Below, in pieces: positions 41,201-51,199 of a stretch of DNA of 64,000 bases (position 1 is the first letter of the stretch; the number at the start of each line of letters is the position of its first letter). The stretch spans positions 128,001 through 192,000 of the forward strand of contig CALSPG010000007.1 in the NCBI GenBank assembly GCA_943788175.1. Direction: 5' to 3'. The DNA comes from an uncultured bacterium (GTDB lineage: Bacteria; Fidelibacterota; Marinisomatia; Marinisomatales; UBA1611). Under the pieces are notes generated by a model. That model saw only the letters and a list, made by a program, of their open reading frames with translations, was not told the DNA's origin and made no database searches. The position numbers and the translations under genes are program-made.

Positions 41201-42256
41201 ATGTCAGAACTGTCTACACTATTGCTTGAGTGGTTTGATTTGAATAAGAGAATATTGCCTTTTAGAAAAAACAATAAACCTTATGATGTCTGGGTTTCAG
41301 AAATAATGTTGCAACAAACTAAAGTAGATACAGTCATTCCATATTATAATGCTTGGATGAAAAAATTCCCTACTATTAAATCTGTTTCTGAAGCTTCTGA
41401 AGAAAGTATTTTAAAGTCTTGGGAAGGCTTAGGTTATTATTCAAGATCTAGAAATTTTCATGAAGCAGCAAAAATCATTATAAAAAATTTTAATTCAAAA
41501 ATACCTGATTCATGGGTTGACTTTAGACGACTTCCTGGCGTTGGAGATTATACAGCAGGTGCAGTTCTCTCAATTGCCTTTAATAAGTCTTATGTGGCTG
41601 TCGATGGTAATGTTAAAAGAGTTATGGCTAGGCTAACATCTAGAAAAAAATTAAGTCAACATAATTTGAGATTTATCAAGTCTAAGCTTTTAAAATTGAT
41701 GGATAAAAATCGTCCGGGAGATTTCAATCAAGCAATGATGGAACTAGGAGCATGTGTCTGTTTACCAAAAAATCCAAAATGTGAACAATGTCCAATAAAT
41801 AAGATTTGCAATGCTTATATATCTGGGAAACCAACCGAATACCCAGCTAAAGTAGTAAAAAAAATGATTCCTTCCCATATCTTTGTTGGCGGTCTAATTA
41901 GAATTTCCAATAAAATTCTAATCCAAAAAAGAGAAGAAAAAATGCTAAATGGGTTATGGGAAATACCTATGAAAAAAATCGATACTCAAAAAAATTTAAC
42001 AAAAGATTTCAAAAAATTCATCTTTAACAAATATGGTATAACAGTAAAAATAAATAAAAGCTTTTCAGCCATAAAGCATTCTTATTCACATTTTAATATG
42101 AAATTAATTGTTATTGATTGTGAAAAAATCAGTAGTATTGTGAAGAAAAAAAATATGTATTCTTGGATTGAAAAAAACGAGATTAATAATTATCCTTTCC
42201 ATAAGGTAAATCATAAAGTTTTCTCATTATTCAAAGAAAAAACTTGGAATGTCTAG
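41201..42256 (+). CDS. mutY: A/G-specific adenine glycosylase
   Basis: Likely ATG at 41201; WVSEIMLQQT, WEGLGYYSR, LPGVGDYTA, VDGNVKRV, C-x6-C-x2-C-x5-C Fe-S motif. Confidence 0.95.
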   Translation: MSELSTLLLEWFDLNKRILPFRKNNKPYDVWVSEIMLQQTKVDTVIPYYNAWMKKFPTIKSVSEASEESILKSWEGLGYYSRSRNFHEAAKIIIKNFNSKIPDSWVDFRRLPGVGDYTAGAVLSIAFNKSYVAVDGNVKRVMARLTSRKKLSQHNLRFIKSKLLKLMDKNRPGDFNQAMMELGACVCLPKNPKCEQCPINKICNAYISGKPTEYPAKVVKKMIPSHIFVGGLIRISNKILIQKREEKMLNGLWEIPMKKIDTQKNLTKDFKKFIFNKYGITVKINKSFSAIKHSYSHFNMKLIVIDCEKISSIVKKKNMYSWIEKNEINNYPFHKVNHKVFSLFKEKTWNV

Positions 42257-42956
42257 AGCTGTAGTTTCTTTAATTCTTTGGCCGATATGGTTTTTGTACT
42301 TAATTGCTATCCTTCCTGTTTTTCTAGTGTTTACTTTAATTTTTGATAGAAAGTATTTTCATTATTTCTTAAGGCCAATGTGTTATTTTTTTTGTCTTCT
42401 TGGAGGTCAGTTAGTTAAAAGAACAGGGTTTATTCCAGATGCTAAAAATGGACCTTATTTATATTTAATTAATCATCAATCTCTTTTTGACCACTTTGTG
42501 ATAGGCTGTTATATCAATCATTATGTTACGGCTATTGCTAAGCAGGAACATTTTTCGTACCCCCTTTGGGGTCAAGTTGCGAAATCATATGGAATAGTTC
42601 CGATAAACAGAAAAAATATCAAAAAAGCATTATCAAGTTTAAAGGTTGCGGAAGATGCTATTTTAAAAGATAAAGTATCTATTCTGATTTTTCCTGAAGG
42701 CACGAGGTCTATTGATGGGAACTTAGGTGTTTTTAAAAAAGGAGCATTTCATATAGCCAAGAATACGGGAGTTAAAATTGTACCTGTAATTATTAATGGT
42801 GCGTATAAAGCAAAAAGTAAATCTGATTGGAGATTAAGCCCAGGAACAATTAATATTCATTTTTCTGATGTTATTGCTTACGATATGTATACTGATATGA
42901 CTGTAGAAGGCATAAGGGATTACGCGCGAAATAAATTTGAAGAATATGTAGATTAA
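42249..42956 (+). CDS. plsC: 1-acyl-sn-glycerol-3-phosphate acyltransferase
   Basis: NHQSLFD, FPEGTRS, FKKGAF. Confidence 0.88.
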   Translation: MSRAVVSLILWPIWFLYLIAILPVFLVFTLIFDRKYFHYFLRPMCYFFCLLGGQLVKRTGFIPDAKNGPYLYLINHQSLFDHFVIGCYINHYVTAIAKQEHFSYPLWGQVAKSYGIVPINRKNIKKALSSLKVAEDAILKDKVSILIFPEGTRSIDGNLGVFKKGAFHIAKNTGVKIVPVIINGAYKAKSKSDWRLSPGTINIHFSDVIAYDMYTDMTVEGIRDYARNKFEEYVD

Positions 42957-42963
42957 TGTTATT

Positions 42964-43365
42964 ATGAATTTATTGAATTTTAGTAATATCCAGATAAGTC
43001 AGATTTTAGTATCAATTTATTTTTCGATAGTATTTTATCAATCAAGTATCGATAAAATTATTGATAAGGAAAATAATATTATTTTCTTTAATGAACATTT
43101 TAAAAACACCGTTATTAAGAATTTTAGTTCTATACTTTTAACTTGCTTGGGATTATTTGAGTTTTTTGTTGCATCACTAAATACGTTTGGTATTTTTTAT
43201 AGCTTAATTTATTTAGATTTAACTTTCATTTTTTATGGACTGCTTTCGTGCAGTGTCGTATTGCTGATGCTGCTGTTTGGACAACGTCTAGCTAAAGATT
43301 ATGTTGGTGCTGCTGACATTACTATATATTTTATTTTGTGTATTATTACTATAATGAGTTTTTAA
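42964..43365 (+). CDS. DoxX-like membrane protein
   Basis: About 4 TM segments; FYQS.IDK, HF, LLFGQRLAKDY.GA. Confidence 0.7.
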   Translation: MNLLNFSNIQISQILVSIYFSIVFYQSSIDKIIDKENNIIFFNEHFKNTVIKNFSSILLTCLGLFEFFVASLNTFGIFYSLIYLDLTFIFYGLLSCSVVLLMLLFGQRLAKDYVGAADITIYFILCIITIMSF

Positions 43366-43380
43366 ATAAGGATAACTATA

Positions 43381-44724
43381 ATGGATAAATCGCTCACTTT
43401 AAAGATGATTGAGTCATATCAGCAGAGCTGTGAAACTGATTCAAAACTAAAATTATCTCGTAATGCGGCTACTCAGAACGAGATCACAGACTTAGCAATG
43501 GATTGGAATCAGTTTAGAAAAATAGATCATTCTTTTTCAAATACAATCTCTGGTGAAATGAAAATCACAAACCAAAAATCAAGTGGTCGATGTTGGGGGT
43601 TTGCGGGTTTGAATCTTTTCAGAATCTATTTAGGGAGGAAGCACAATATTAGCAATTTCGAGTTTTCACAAACATATTTTATGTTTTGGGATAAATTAGA
43701 AAAATCTAATTATTTTTTGAATAGCATAATTCAGACTGCTGAAAGTTCACCGGATAGTCGCATAATAATGCATCTTTTAGAAAGTCCAATTCAAGATGGT
43801 GGCCAATGGGATATGTGGGTAAATCTAATAAATAAGTATGGTGTCGTTCCAAAATCTGAGATGCCAGAGACTTATCAATCTAGTCAATCGATGAGGATGA
43901 ATCGTATGATTACTAGAAAACTTAGAGAGTTCGCAAAGGAATTGAGATATTCAATTAAAAACAATATTAAGAATGAAGATTTATATGAATTGAAAAATCA
44001 AATGATTTCAACAGTTTATAGGATGTTAGTAATTCATTTAGGAGAACCTCCGAATAATTTTAATTGGCAAACTAGAGATAAAAAGAAAAACTTTATGCGA
44101 TTTGAAGGGTTAACACCACAATCCTTTTTTAAAGATCATGTTTCTATCGACTTAAGTAATTTGATTTGTTTAATTAATTGTCCGATGTCAGACAAAAATT
44201 ATAAAGATATTTATAGTGTTAAATATCTTGGTAATGTTGTCGAAGGTCAACCCATAAGATATCTAAATACTGAAATAGAAATTTTAAAAAAGGCTGCTAT
44301 TGAATCAATTAAAAATGATGATCCAGTATGGTTTGGTTGTGATGTGGGTAAATATTTACATCGGTCACATGGTGTAATGGATACTAATTTATTCGATTTT
44401 GATTTGTTTTACGGTACAAGATTTTCTATGGATAAAGCTAGTCGATTAGAATATGGTGAGAGCAAAATGACTCACGCAATGTTATTTACCGGCGTAGACA
44501 TAGACTCAAAAGGAAGACCTCGGAAATGGAGGGTTGAAAACAGTTGGGGTGATAGAAATGGAGAAAAAGGATTTTATATAATGTCTGACGAATGGTTTGA
44601 TGAATATTTATATGAAATCGTCGTAAATAAAAAATATTTACCAGATGAATACGTAAAACTTTATGAAGAAAAAGAAGCGAAGCTATTGCCGCCATGGGAT
44701 CCTATGGGCGCTTTAGCAAAATAA
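43381..44724 (+). CDS. pepC: Cysteine aminopeptidase C (bleomycin hydrolase family, C1B)
   Basis: NQKSSGRCW, DGGQWDM, VWFGCDV, THAM, VENSWG, PWDPMGALA. Confidence 0.95.
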   Translation: MDKSLTLKMIESYQQSCETDSKLKLSRNAATQNEITDLAMDWNQFRKIDHSFSNTISGEMKITNQKSSGRCWGFAGLNLFRIYLGRKHNISNFEFSQTYFMFWDKLEKSNYFLNSIIQTAESSPDSRIIMHLLESPIQDGGQWDMWVNLINKYGVVPKSEMPETYQSSQSMRMNRMITRKLREFAKELRYSIKNNIKNEDLYELKNQMISTVYRMLVIHLGEPPNNFNWQTRDKKKNFMRFEGLTPQSFFKDHVSIDLSNLICLINCPMSDKNYKDIYSVKYLGNVVEGQPIRYLNTEIEILKKAAIESIKNDDPVWFGCDVGKYLHRSHGVMDTNLFDFDLFYGTRFSMDKASRLEYGESKMTHAMLFTGVDIDSKGRPRKWRVENSWGDRNGEKGFYIMSDEWFDEYLYEIVVNKKYLPDEYVKLYEEKEAKLLPPWDPMGALAK

Positions 44725-44733
44725 CAAATTATT

Positions 44734-46611
44734 ATGGATTTAAAAATATATTGGCTTTTAGCATTTGTTGGGCTTTATTGGTCTTATTGTATTTTCTGGG
44801 GGATTAAGGGTGCTCTTACTTCTAAAACATCTGAAGACTATTTTGTTGCTGGGCGATCAATTGGAACCTGGGTCTTTGTTCTTGCTGCAACAGCAACTAG
44901 TTTTTCAGGCTGGACTTTTGTTGGACATCCGGGGAAAATACTTACTGATGGTCTTCCATACGCATTTGCTTCTTTTTATGCATTAACGATCCCTTTTACT
45001 GGAGTTCTATTTTTAAGGCGGCAATGGGTTCTAGGTAGAGTTTACAATTATGTAACGCCTGGTGAAATGTATTCAGATTATTATGGAGGAAATTCAATAA
45101 GAATATTAACTGTATTAGTCGCTTTCTTATTTTCAGTGCCTTATCTTGGAATTCAGTTGCGAGCTTCTGGGGCATTATTTGATGTCTTAACCGATGGTTT
45201 AATTTCTACTAATTTAGGAATGATTCTTTTGTCAACAGTTGTAGTCATTTACGTCGCATCAGGAGGATTAAGGTCTGTTGCTTATGTTGATTGTGCTCAG
45301 GCTGTTTTATTAGCTATTGGAATTATTATCTTAGGTGTTATTACGTTGAAATGGATAGGTGGATGGGAATTATTTACACAGGGAATAGGCGTATTAGTTA
45401 AAAATGATTTAGTTGGTGGAACCCGTTTAACTGCGGATGGGCTTTCTAATAGAGTTGCAATCCCCGGTTCAATTCAGTTTGTATCCTCCGGCTCAAACGC
45501 AATTGGTGGTGTTTGGACAGGAATGATGTGCATGACATATATGTTTGCCTTAATGGGTATACAATCTTCTCCTGCCTTTTCAATGTGGGCATATGCAAAT
45601 AAAACATCTGAACCCTTTCGTTGGCAACAAGTGATAGCTTCTTCTGTAGTTATAGGAATAATATTATTTTCTTTTACTATTATACAAGGTATGGGAGCAG
45701 ATGTATTAGTCTTGAATGGTGTCTTTGATACTATATCTGATAGTACGTTAGTGCCAAAACTAATTGATTTAATGTCTGAGTCTGCTCCTTGGCTTGTAGG
45801 TTTATTAGCTGTCTGTGCACTTGCGGCAATGCAGAGTACTGGTTCTGCTTATATGTCAACATTTAGTGCAATGATTACTAGAGATATATATAAAAACTTT
45901 TATGATGAAGATGTGACTGAAAAAAAGCAAAAGTTTATCGGTCGAATATTTGTAATTGTTGTTGCTTTAGCAGCGCTGCTTGTTGCAATTTTTTCAACTG
46001 ATGCTTTAGTAATGTTAGGCGGGCTAGCAGTCGCATATGGGTTTCAAATGTATCCAGCACTTTTTGGTAATCTTTATTACAAAAGAATTTCTAAAACTGG
46101 AGTTACATTAGGTTTAATTGCAGGCCTAATTGCAGTTACTTTCACAGATAAAATGGCTAGTTTGTTTTCACTCCCCTGGGGCGCATATCCACTCACTATA
46201 CATTCAGCAGGATGGGGAATATTGTTTAATATAATATTTACAGGAATTGGGACTTATTTTTTCCCAGATAATATTGAAAGAAAAAAAATCAAAGAAAAGA
46301 GGCATGCTTTTTTATCAGAAGTTGCAGGGGTTCCTAAAGAAAAGAAAAAATTAATACCTTTAGCTTATGGGATGGTTTTAGTCTGGTTCCTCTTTGGGTT
46401 TGGCCCTTTTGCCGTTATTGGGAATACTTTTTTTTCAGACCCTAGCAATCCATCCAGTTGGGCACCCTTTAATTTGCCGTCAATATGGGTTTGGCAAATA
46501 GTATTTTTACTTTTTGGAATTTTCGTTATGTGGTTTCTAGCTTTTTATATGGGTTTTTCACAACCTATTTCAGCAGATAAATTAGAAAAATCTCATAAAA
46601 AATATTTTTAA
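44734..46611 (+). CDS. Sodium:solute symporter family transporter, substrate unknown
   Basis: DYFVAGRS, ATSFSGWTFVGHPG, GGLRSVAYVD, AAMQST; many TM helices. Confidence 0.9.
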   Translation: MDLKIYWLLAFVGLYWSYCIFWGIKGALTSKTSEDYFVAGRSIGTWVFVLAATATSFSGWTFVGHPGKILTDGLPYAFASFYALTIPFTGVLFLRRQWVLGRVYNYVTPGEMYSDYYGGNSIRILTVLVAFLFSVPYLGIQLRASGALFDVLTDGLISTNLGMILLSTVVVIYVASGGLRSVAYVDCAQAVLLAIGIIILGVITLKWIGGWELFTQGIGVLVKNDLVGGTRLTADGLSNRVAIPGSIQFVSSGSNAIGGVWTGMMCMTYMFALMGIQSSPAFSMWAYANKTSEPFRWQQVIASSVVIGIILFSFTIIQGMGADVLVLNGVFDTISDSTLVPKLIDLMSESAPWLVGLLAVCALAAMQSTGSAYMSTFSAMITRDIYKNFYDEDVTEKKQKFIGRIFVIVVALAALLVAIFSTDALVMLGGLAVAYGFQMYPALFGNLYYKRISKTGVTLGLIAGLIAVTFTDKMASLFSLPWGAYPLTIHSAGWGILFNIIFTGIGTYFFPDNIERKKIKEKRHAFLSEVAGVPKEKKKLIPLAYGMVLVWFLFGFGPFAVIGNTFFSDPSNPSSWAPFNLPSIWVWQIVFLLFGIFVMWFLAFYMGFSQPISADKLEKSHKKYF

Positions 46612-46673
46612 TAAAATCTTCAATTTTGACAATTTCTTTCATTGTTTAAAAAAGAATAAATATATTTAGGCTA

Positions 46674-48062
46674 GTGGATACAAATAAAAAAGCAGAAACT
46701 AAATCCTCTTCAATGGATGATATAGACAAAAAAATCCATGCAAATCAAGTTTTGTATGACCAACTTCATCAATCTTTGGTAGACGAGATTGTATCAAAAG
46801 ATGATAAAGATCAAAAAAAAGAAAAGTCAAGAAAGCCTGATGTTTCTAGCACAAGAAATTTTCTTTTAAAACTTTCTGATTATTATCAATCTAATGAATT
46901 ATTTAGATATGCTCTTTGGGGGTTTGCAGCTGTATTCTTTTCAACTACAATCTTAACTATTATTGAATATCCCCTTTTTAGTAGTAGTGTAAAAGGTGAC
47001 GTCGGTGATGGATTTATGTTTGGTGGGGACGAACCCAATTGGGTTGACACATTTTTTCATACTTTTTGGTGGGCTGTTGTAACATTTACTACCGTAGGCT
47101 ACGGCGATGTAAGCCCAGAAACACATTTAGGTAAATTTTTAACGATAATAATAATGATTTTAAATCTAGGCATTGTGACAATGCTTACAGGTGCTGTTTC
47201 CTCTGTTTTGGTTGCAGCTAGATTAAAAGGAGATGATACATTGGACGAAACTAAGTTTTATGGACATTTAATTATCGCAGGTTGGAATCCTGCGGTTCAG
47301 TCAGCATTAAGACTCATTGAGGCTAACGAAGATTCAGCTTCTGTTGTCATTCTTATAAATGAAACTGAAGAAGAAATAATCAAGCGAGCTGTTTCTGGGT
47401 TCGATCGATTAGATATAACTCATTTATCAGAAAATTTTACTCAAGAGGGTGTACTCAAAAAAGCTTTTATTGAAGAATGCGGAACTTTTATGATTGTTCC
47501 AGATGAATCTGGTCTGCTTCCAAATGAAAAACCTGATGAAGATAAAACGGTTCTAACTGCGCTCACGGCTAAATCAATCTTAGAAGATATCCAAGTTGTA
47601 GCATATATTTTAGATGAAGAATATATATCGCACTTGCATAGAGCTAATGTAAATGAAATTGTTTTTCCTGATGAGCATATACCGCATATGTTAGCGAAAC
47701 ATGTCACAGACCCAGGTGTGCCTCAATTATTTGATGAGTTGATTACCCAAGAAAAGCAGGATAAGGGTATTCAAGTTGTTTCTATACCTAAAGGTTTAGT
47801 AGGGCTCACTCATAATAAAGTTTCAGCATATTATAAATTTAAACATAAGTGGCTACTGGTTGGCTATGCAATTAAAAAAGCTGGATTTAGCTTGGAAGAA
47901 CAAATGGGAGAAAGCGGCAGTCCTATTATTCGTGATATGATTAAAGAACAATTAGATGGTGCTGGAATAAAATTATCAAGCGATGAACACGTCATAGTTG
48001 AGATTAATCCAGACGATGAATACATTATTGATGGTAAACATAAAGCTTTGGTATTGAGGTAA
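46674..48062 (+). CDS. Two-TM potassium channel with a C-terminal RCK (TrkA-like) region
   Basis: GTG start; WWAVVTFTTVGYGD selectivity filter; HLIIAGWN RCK start; D.KTVL; H..RA. Confidence 0.9.
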   Translation: MDTNKKAETKSSSMDDIDKKIHANQVLYDQLHQSLVDEIVSKDDKDQKKEKSRKPDVSSTRNFLLKLSDYYQSNELFRYALWGFAAVFFSTTILTIIEYPLFSSSVKGDVGDGFMFGGDEPNWVDTFFHTFWWAVVTFTTVGYGDVSPETHLGKFLTIIIMILNLGIVTMLTGAVSSVLVAARLKGDDTLDETKFYGHLIIAGWNPAVQSALRLIEANEDSASVVILINETEEEIIKRAVSGFDRLDITHLSENFTQEGVLKKAFIEECGTFMIVPDESGLLPNEKPDEDKTVLTALTAKSILEDIQVVAYILDEEYISHLHRANVNEIVFPDEHIPHMLAKHVTDPGVPQLFDELITQEKQDKGIQVVSIPKGLVGLTHNKVSAYYKFKHKWLLVGYAIKKAGFSLEEQMGESGSPIIRDMIKEQLDGAGIKLSSDEHVIVEINPDDEYIIDGKHKALVLR

Positions 48063-48066
48063 AATT

Positions 48067-48630
48067 ATGGGCGTCAACGCAAAACAAATTCAAAAAATAA
48101 ACTATTTTAATAAAGTTTCGGAAGACCTTTGCTCTGAAATTGCTAAGGTAGTAAAACAAAAAAAATGTTCTCCAAAAACCACTCTACTTAAGGAGGGTGA
48201 AACTGGAGATACTATGTTACTTATTTTCCAAGGTCAAGTTGAGGTATCTAAGAACATGATGGTTAAAACTTCTAGTGGATTTACTATGTCGACTAAATCT
48301 ATTATTAGATTAGAAACTACAGACCCATCGCCTGCAAATAAGCCGATAACCGAACCTACAGTTTCAGTTGTAAAAGCGCCTGCTTTTGGGATAGGGGAAT
48401 TTTCTCTTGTCCTTGATGATGCTAAAAGGACATCACATGTTACTGCTATGACAGACATTGATTATGGGATTATTAAATTAGAAGATTTTTCGAATATAGT
48501 AGATAAACACCCATCTATAGGTGGTTCTGTTTATTTTGAAGTCGCAAAATCAGCTGTAAATAATTTAGCCACTGCAACCCAGGATATATCTAATCTCACG
48601 CAAGCGTTCTTTTTTGCGTTAGCTAAATAA
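48067..48630 (+). CDS. Stand-alone cyclic nucleotide-binding domain protein
   Basis: LLKEGETGDTMLLIFQGQVEV, GEFSL...KRTSHVTA phosphate-binding cassette; no HTH; 4 bp after the channel gene. Confidence 0.85.
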   Translation: MGVNAKQIQKINYFNKVSEDLCSEIAKVVKQKKCSPKTTLLKEGETGDTMLLIFQGQVEVSKNMMVKTSSGFTMSTKSIIRLETTDPSPANKPITEPTVSVVKAPAFGIGEFSLVLDDAKRTSHVTAMTDIDYGIIKLEDFSNIVDKHPSIGGSVYFEVAKSAVNNLATATQDISNLTQAFFFALAK

Positions 48631-48633
48631 TAT

Positions 48634-50436
48634 TTAACTTTTAAAAAACGTTTTTCTTCGAGTGTTTATTTTACTTTCAAGTTCAACAATTTTTTCTTTT
48701 TCTATTGTGGTCTGATCTTCTTTTGATTTTAGCTTATCTAGCTCTAGTCTTAAAAATTGAACATCCCGCTCAAGTTTTTCGAGTCTACCTTTCATTTGCT
48801 TAGATAAAACCTTCTTAAAATCATCTATTTTATCACTATCTGGTGTATAGTATATATTTGTATTTCCCCGATCCGTATCTTCCCAGAATGTAGGTCCGCT
48901 GAATCTAATTCTGTTATAAAGACCTTCCATAAGTTTAAGATATGTTTGATTATCAAAAAATGCTAAATCATCAAGGACATCAGAAACGATTGTTTCAGCA
49001 AAATTTATATTATTAATTTTTATAAAATGTAAAGCAAGCCCAATTTGTAAAACTCTTACTCCGTTGTTTACGCTTTGATCTAGCTCTTCTTTTGAATAGT
49101 CTGGCGGGTTATCAAGCTGTAAAATTTCTTTTAACAGGTGTTCTTGAAGTTGATTATCCCAAGTTTCTTCCGATATTAAAATAGTAATCTTTTTTAGTTC
49201 AGCTGTTAGCACATCTACAATGAAATATAATGAAGGGTTTTTAGCGGCCTGTTTATAAATCTCATTACTGTAGAACTTAAAATAAAAATAGCCCTGTTTT
49301 AATAAGTCCTCTTTATTATGATCAACATATCCTTTTAAAAGCGCAGAATAATGGAAGGCAAGGTTGTATAAATTTCTAGGTTCATTATTACGGACAGCGT
49401 GTTTAATAGCAAATCGCATAAATGTATTAAACCTTATGTTAATATCAACTATCAAGCTATTTTGTTTTAAATCTAAGGCTAGTAACCCAATTGATGAGAC
49501 TTCACTTGCGATTAGAGATGCGAGCTCATATTCTCCGTTTTCCATTTTTCGGATATAAGCATTACCCATCATTTTAAATGCTTTAACTTCGTAAAAGGTT
49601 CTTCTGTCTTCTAAATCTTTATATTGATGTTCAACATATGTTCGGAAAGTGGGATTATTTCTAATTGTGTCTGTGGCAGCAAAAAAACGAGAGTCATAAA
49701 AACTTTTATTTCGCATGTATACTCTTACGGTGTCACCAACTCTACGTATTATTTCAGTTTGTGCTTCTTTAAAAGAAATGTATTCTAATAAATCATCAAA
49801 CTGATCAATAGTAGACATCAATTGATATTGGTAGTGTTCAATATTTTTAATATTGTCCATTGATAAGTGTACAGATTTATTTTTCAACCTATTTATATCT
49901 TCAATATTTAGTGTGTATAATTTTTTGATTACATTGTCTGTTTTAGAGTAGAGGAGTATATAAAAAATATAAGGTAGCGATAGCATAGATGAAGCTGGCA
50001 GATAAACGTATGTATTTAGCATCACGCTGGATAGCCTTTCCATAGGTCCGAAATAATACATTATCACTGTAGCGTGAATTGATGCTAAAATTAAAAACCA
50101 AATAAAAATAAGACTTACCCAATCTTTAACAAATAAATCCATCAGTTTAGGAGTAGACTCAGCTGCAATTGCTATTACAATGATTAAGGTACCTAGCACT
50201 GTGGCTAAAACTCCGCCCCAAATTTCTGGTGCAAAGGTGAGGTCTATTGCATCGTGGGTTTCTTTGCCTAAACCAAATAAGTTTTCTAAGAGGGATATAA
50301 TATCAGAGTAAAAATAATGAAACGTGAAGTCGCTGCCAAGGACTACGAAAAAAACGAAAAAGAGAGAGGCTAATGATCTATTTTTATTAATTAGCCCCAA
50401 AATTTTACTAAATAATATGGTCAGTTTGTCATTCAT
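48634..50436 (-). CDS. Hypothetical membrane protein (about 4 N-terminal TM helices and a large helical soluble domain), possibly DUF2254-like
   Basis: 600-aa ORF with a hydrophobic N-terminal third; FWEDTDRG near the C-terminus; family call is tentative. Confidence 0.55.
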   Translation of the reverse strand: MNDKLTILFSKILGLINKNRSLASLFFVFFVVLGSDFTFHYFYSDIISLLENLFGLGKETHDAIDLTFAPEIWGGVLATVLGTLIIVIAIAAESTPKLMDLFVKDWVSLIFIWFLILASIHATVIMYYFGPMERLSSVMLNTYVYLPASSMLSLPYIFYILLYSKTDNVIKKLYTLNIEDINRLKNKSVHLSMDNIKNIEHYQYQLMSTIDQFDDLLEYISFKEAQTEIIRRVGDTVRVYMRNKSFYDSRFFAATDTIRNNPTFRTYVEHQYKDLEDRRTFYEVKAFKMMGNAYIRKMENGEYELASLIASEVSSIGLLALDLKQNSLIVDINIRFNTFMRFAIKHAVRNNEPRNLYNLAFHYSALLKGYVDHNKEDLLKQGYFYFKFYSNEIYKQAAKNPSLYFIVDVLTAELKKITILISEETWDNQLQEHLLKEILQLDNPPDYSKEELDQSVNNGVRVLQIGLALHFIKINNINFAETIVSDVLDDLAFFDNQTYLKLMEGLYNRIRFSGPTFWEDTDRGNTNIYYTPDSDKIDDFKKVLSKQMKGRLEKLERDVQFLRLELDKLKSKEDQTTIEKEKIVELESKINTRRKTFFKS

Positions 50437-50684
50437 GATTTGTCAAGTACTAAAAGATCTTGGCTAGAAAATACGATTAAGAGAATAATTTTTCAATATT
50501 GAAGAATAGTATTCAATACTTTATGTTAAATAGGTATTAAGAAAAATTTTAAAAAATTGAAATCAATCAGTTTTTATTGACCTTCACACGAACAGATGAT
50601 AACTTCTTGCAAGCTCTTTTAAGTTTATAAGTTCATTGACTTAAGTATGAGCAATAAATGTAAATTAATTATAACGAGGTGTTT

Positions 50685-51116
50685 ATGTCAGATTGGACAA
50701 ATAGTCATGATTTAGTATACGCATTTGTTTGTGTTTCTTTTCTCGCTGACGGAGAAGTTGATGAGTCTGAGAAAGAAGCAATGCGTGGGAATGTTAAAGT
50801 TATGCTTCCTGATATGGGGGATGACGAGTATCACCAGGTTGAAAAAGAAGTTATTGATAAGTTCATTGCATTAGGTGATGAAACTTCTCGTTTCAGCCAA
50901 TATGGTTCTTCTCTTAGCGCAATCAAAGAAATGTTTTCATCTGATGATGATCGGTATAAGGTTATAAAAAACCTTGCTTATATTGCTAGAGCAGATCAAT
51001 TCATTCATGAAAATGAAATGAAAATGGTTGAGCAAGCGGTTACTGATTTAGATATGGAAGATAAAGTTAGCTTAGTTAAAACGGAGTCAACTCTTTTCGT
51101 TGATTTCAAATCGTAG
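50685..51116 (+). CDS. TerB-like (tellurite-resistance TerB fold) protein
   Basis: Two acidic motifs ADGEVDESE and IARADQFIHENE; GAGGT RBS before the ATG at 50685. Confidence 0.75.
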   Translation: MSDWTNSHDLVYAFVCVSFLADGEVDESEKEAMRGNVKVMLPDMGDDEYHQVEKEVIDKFIALGDETSRFSQYGSSLSAIKEMFSSDDDRYKVIKNLAYIARADQFIHENEMKMVEQAVTDLDMEDKVSLVKTESTLFVDFKS

Positions 51117-51137
51117 CCTTCTAAATAAAGTATACTA

Positions 51138-51175
51138 ATTAGTGCCCGATTTTAATTATCGGGCACTAATATTTT
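51138..51175 (+). terminator. Probable intrinsic terminator hairpin after the TerB-like gene
   Basis: Perfect 13-bp inverted repeat ATTAGTGCCCGAT-7nt-ATCGGGCACTAAT followed by ATTTT. Confidence 0.7.
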
Positions 51176-51199
51176 GAAGATTAAATAAGGTAAAAAATA

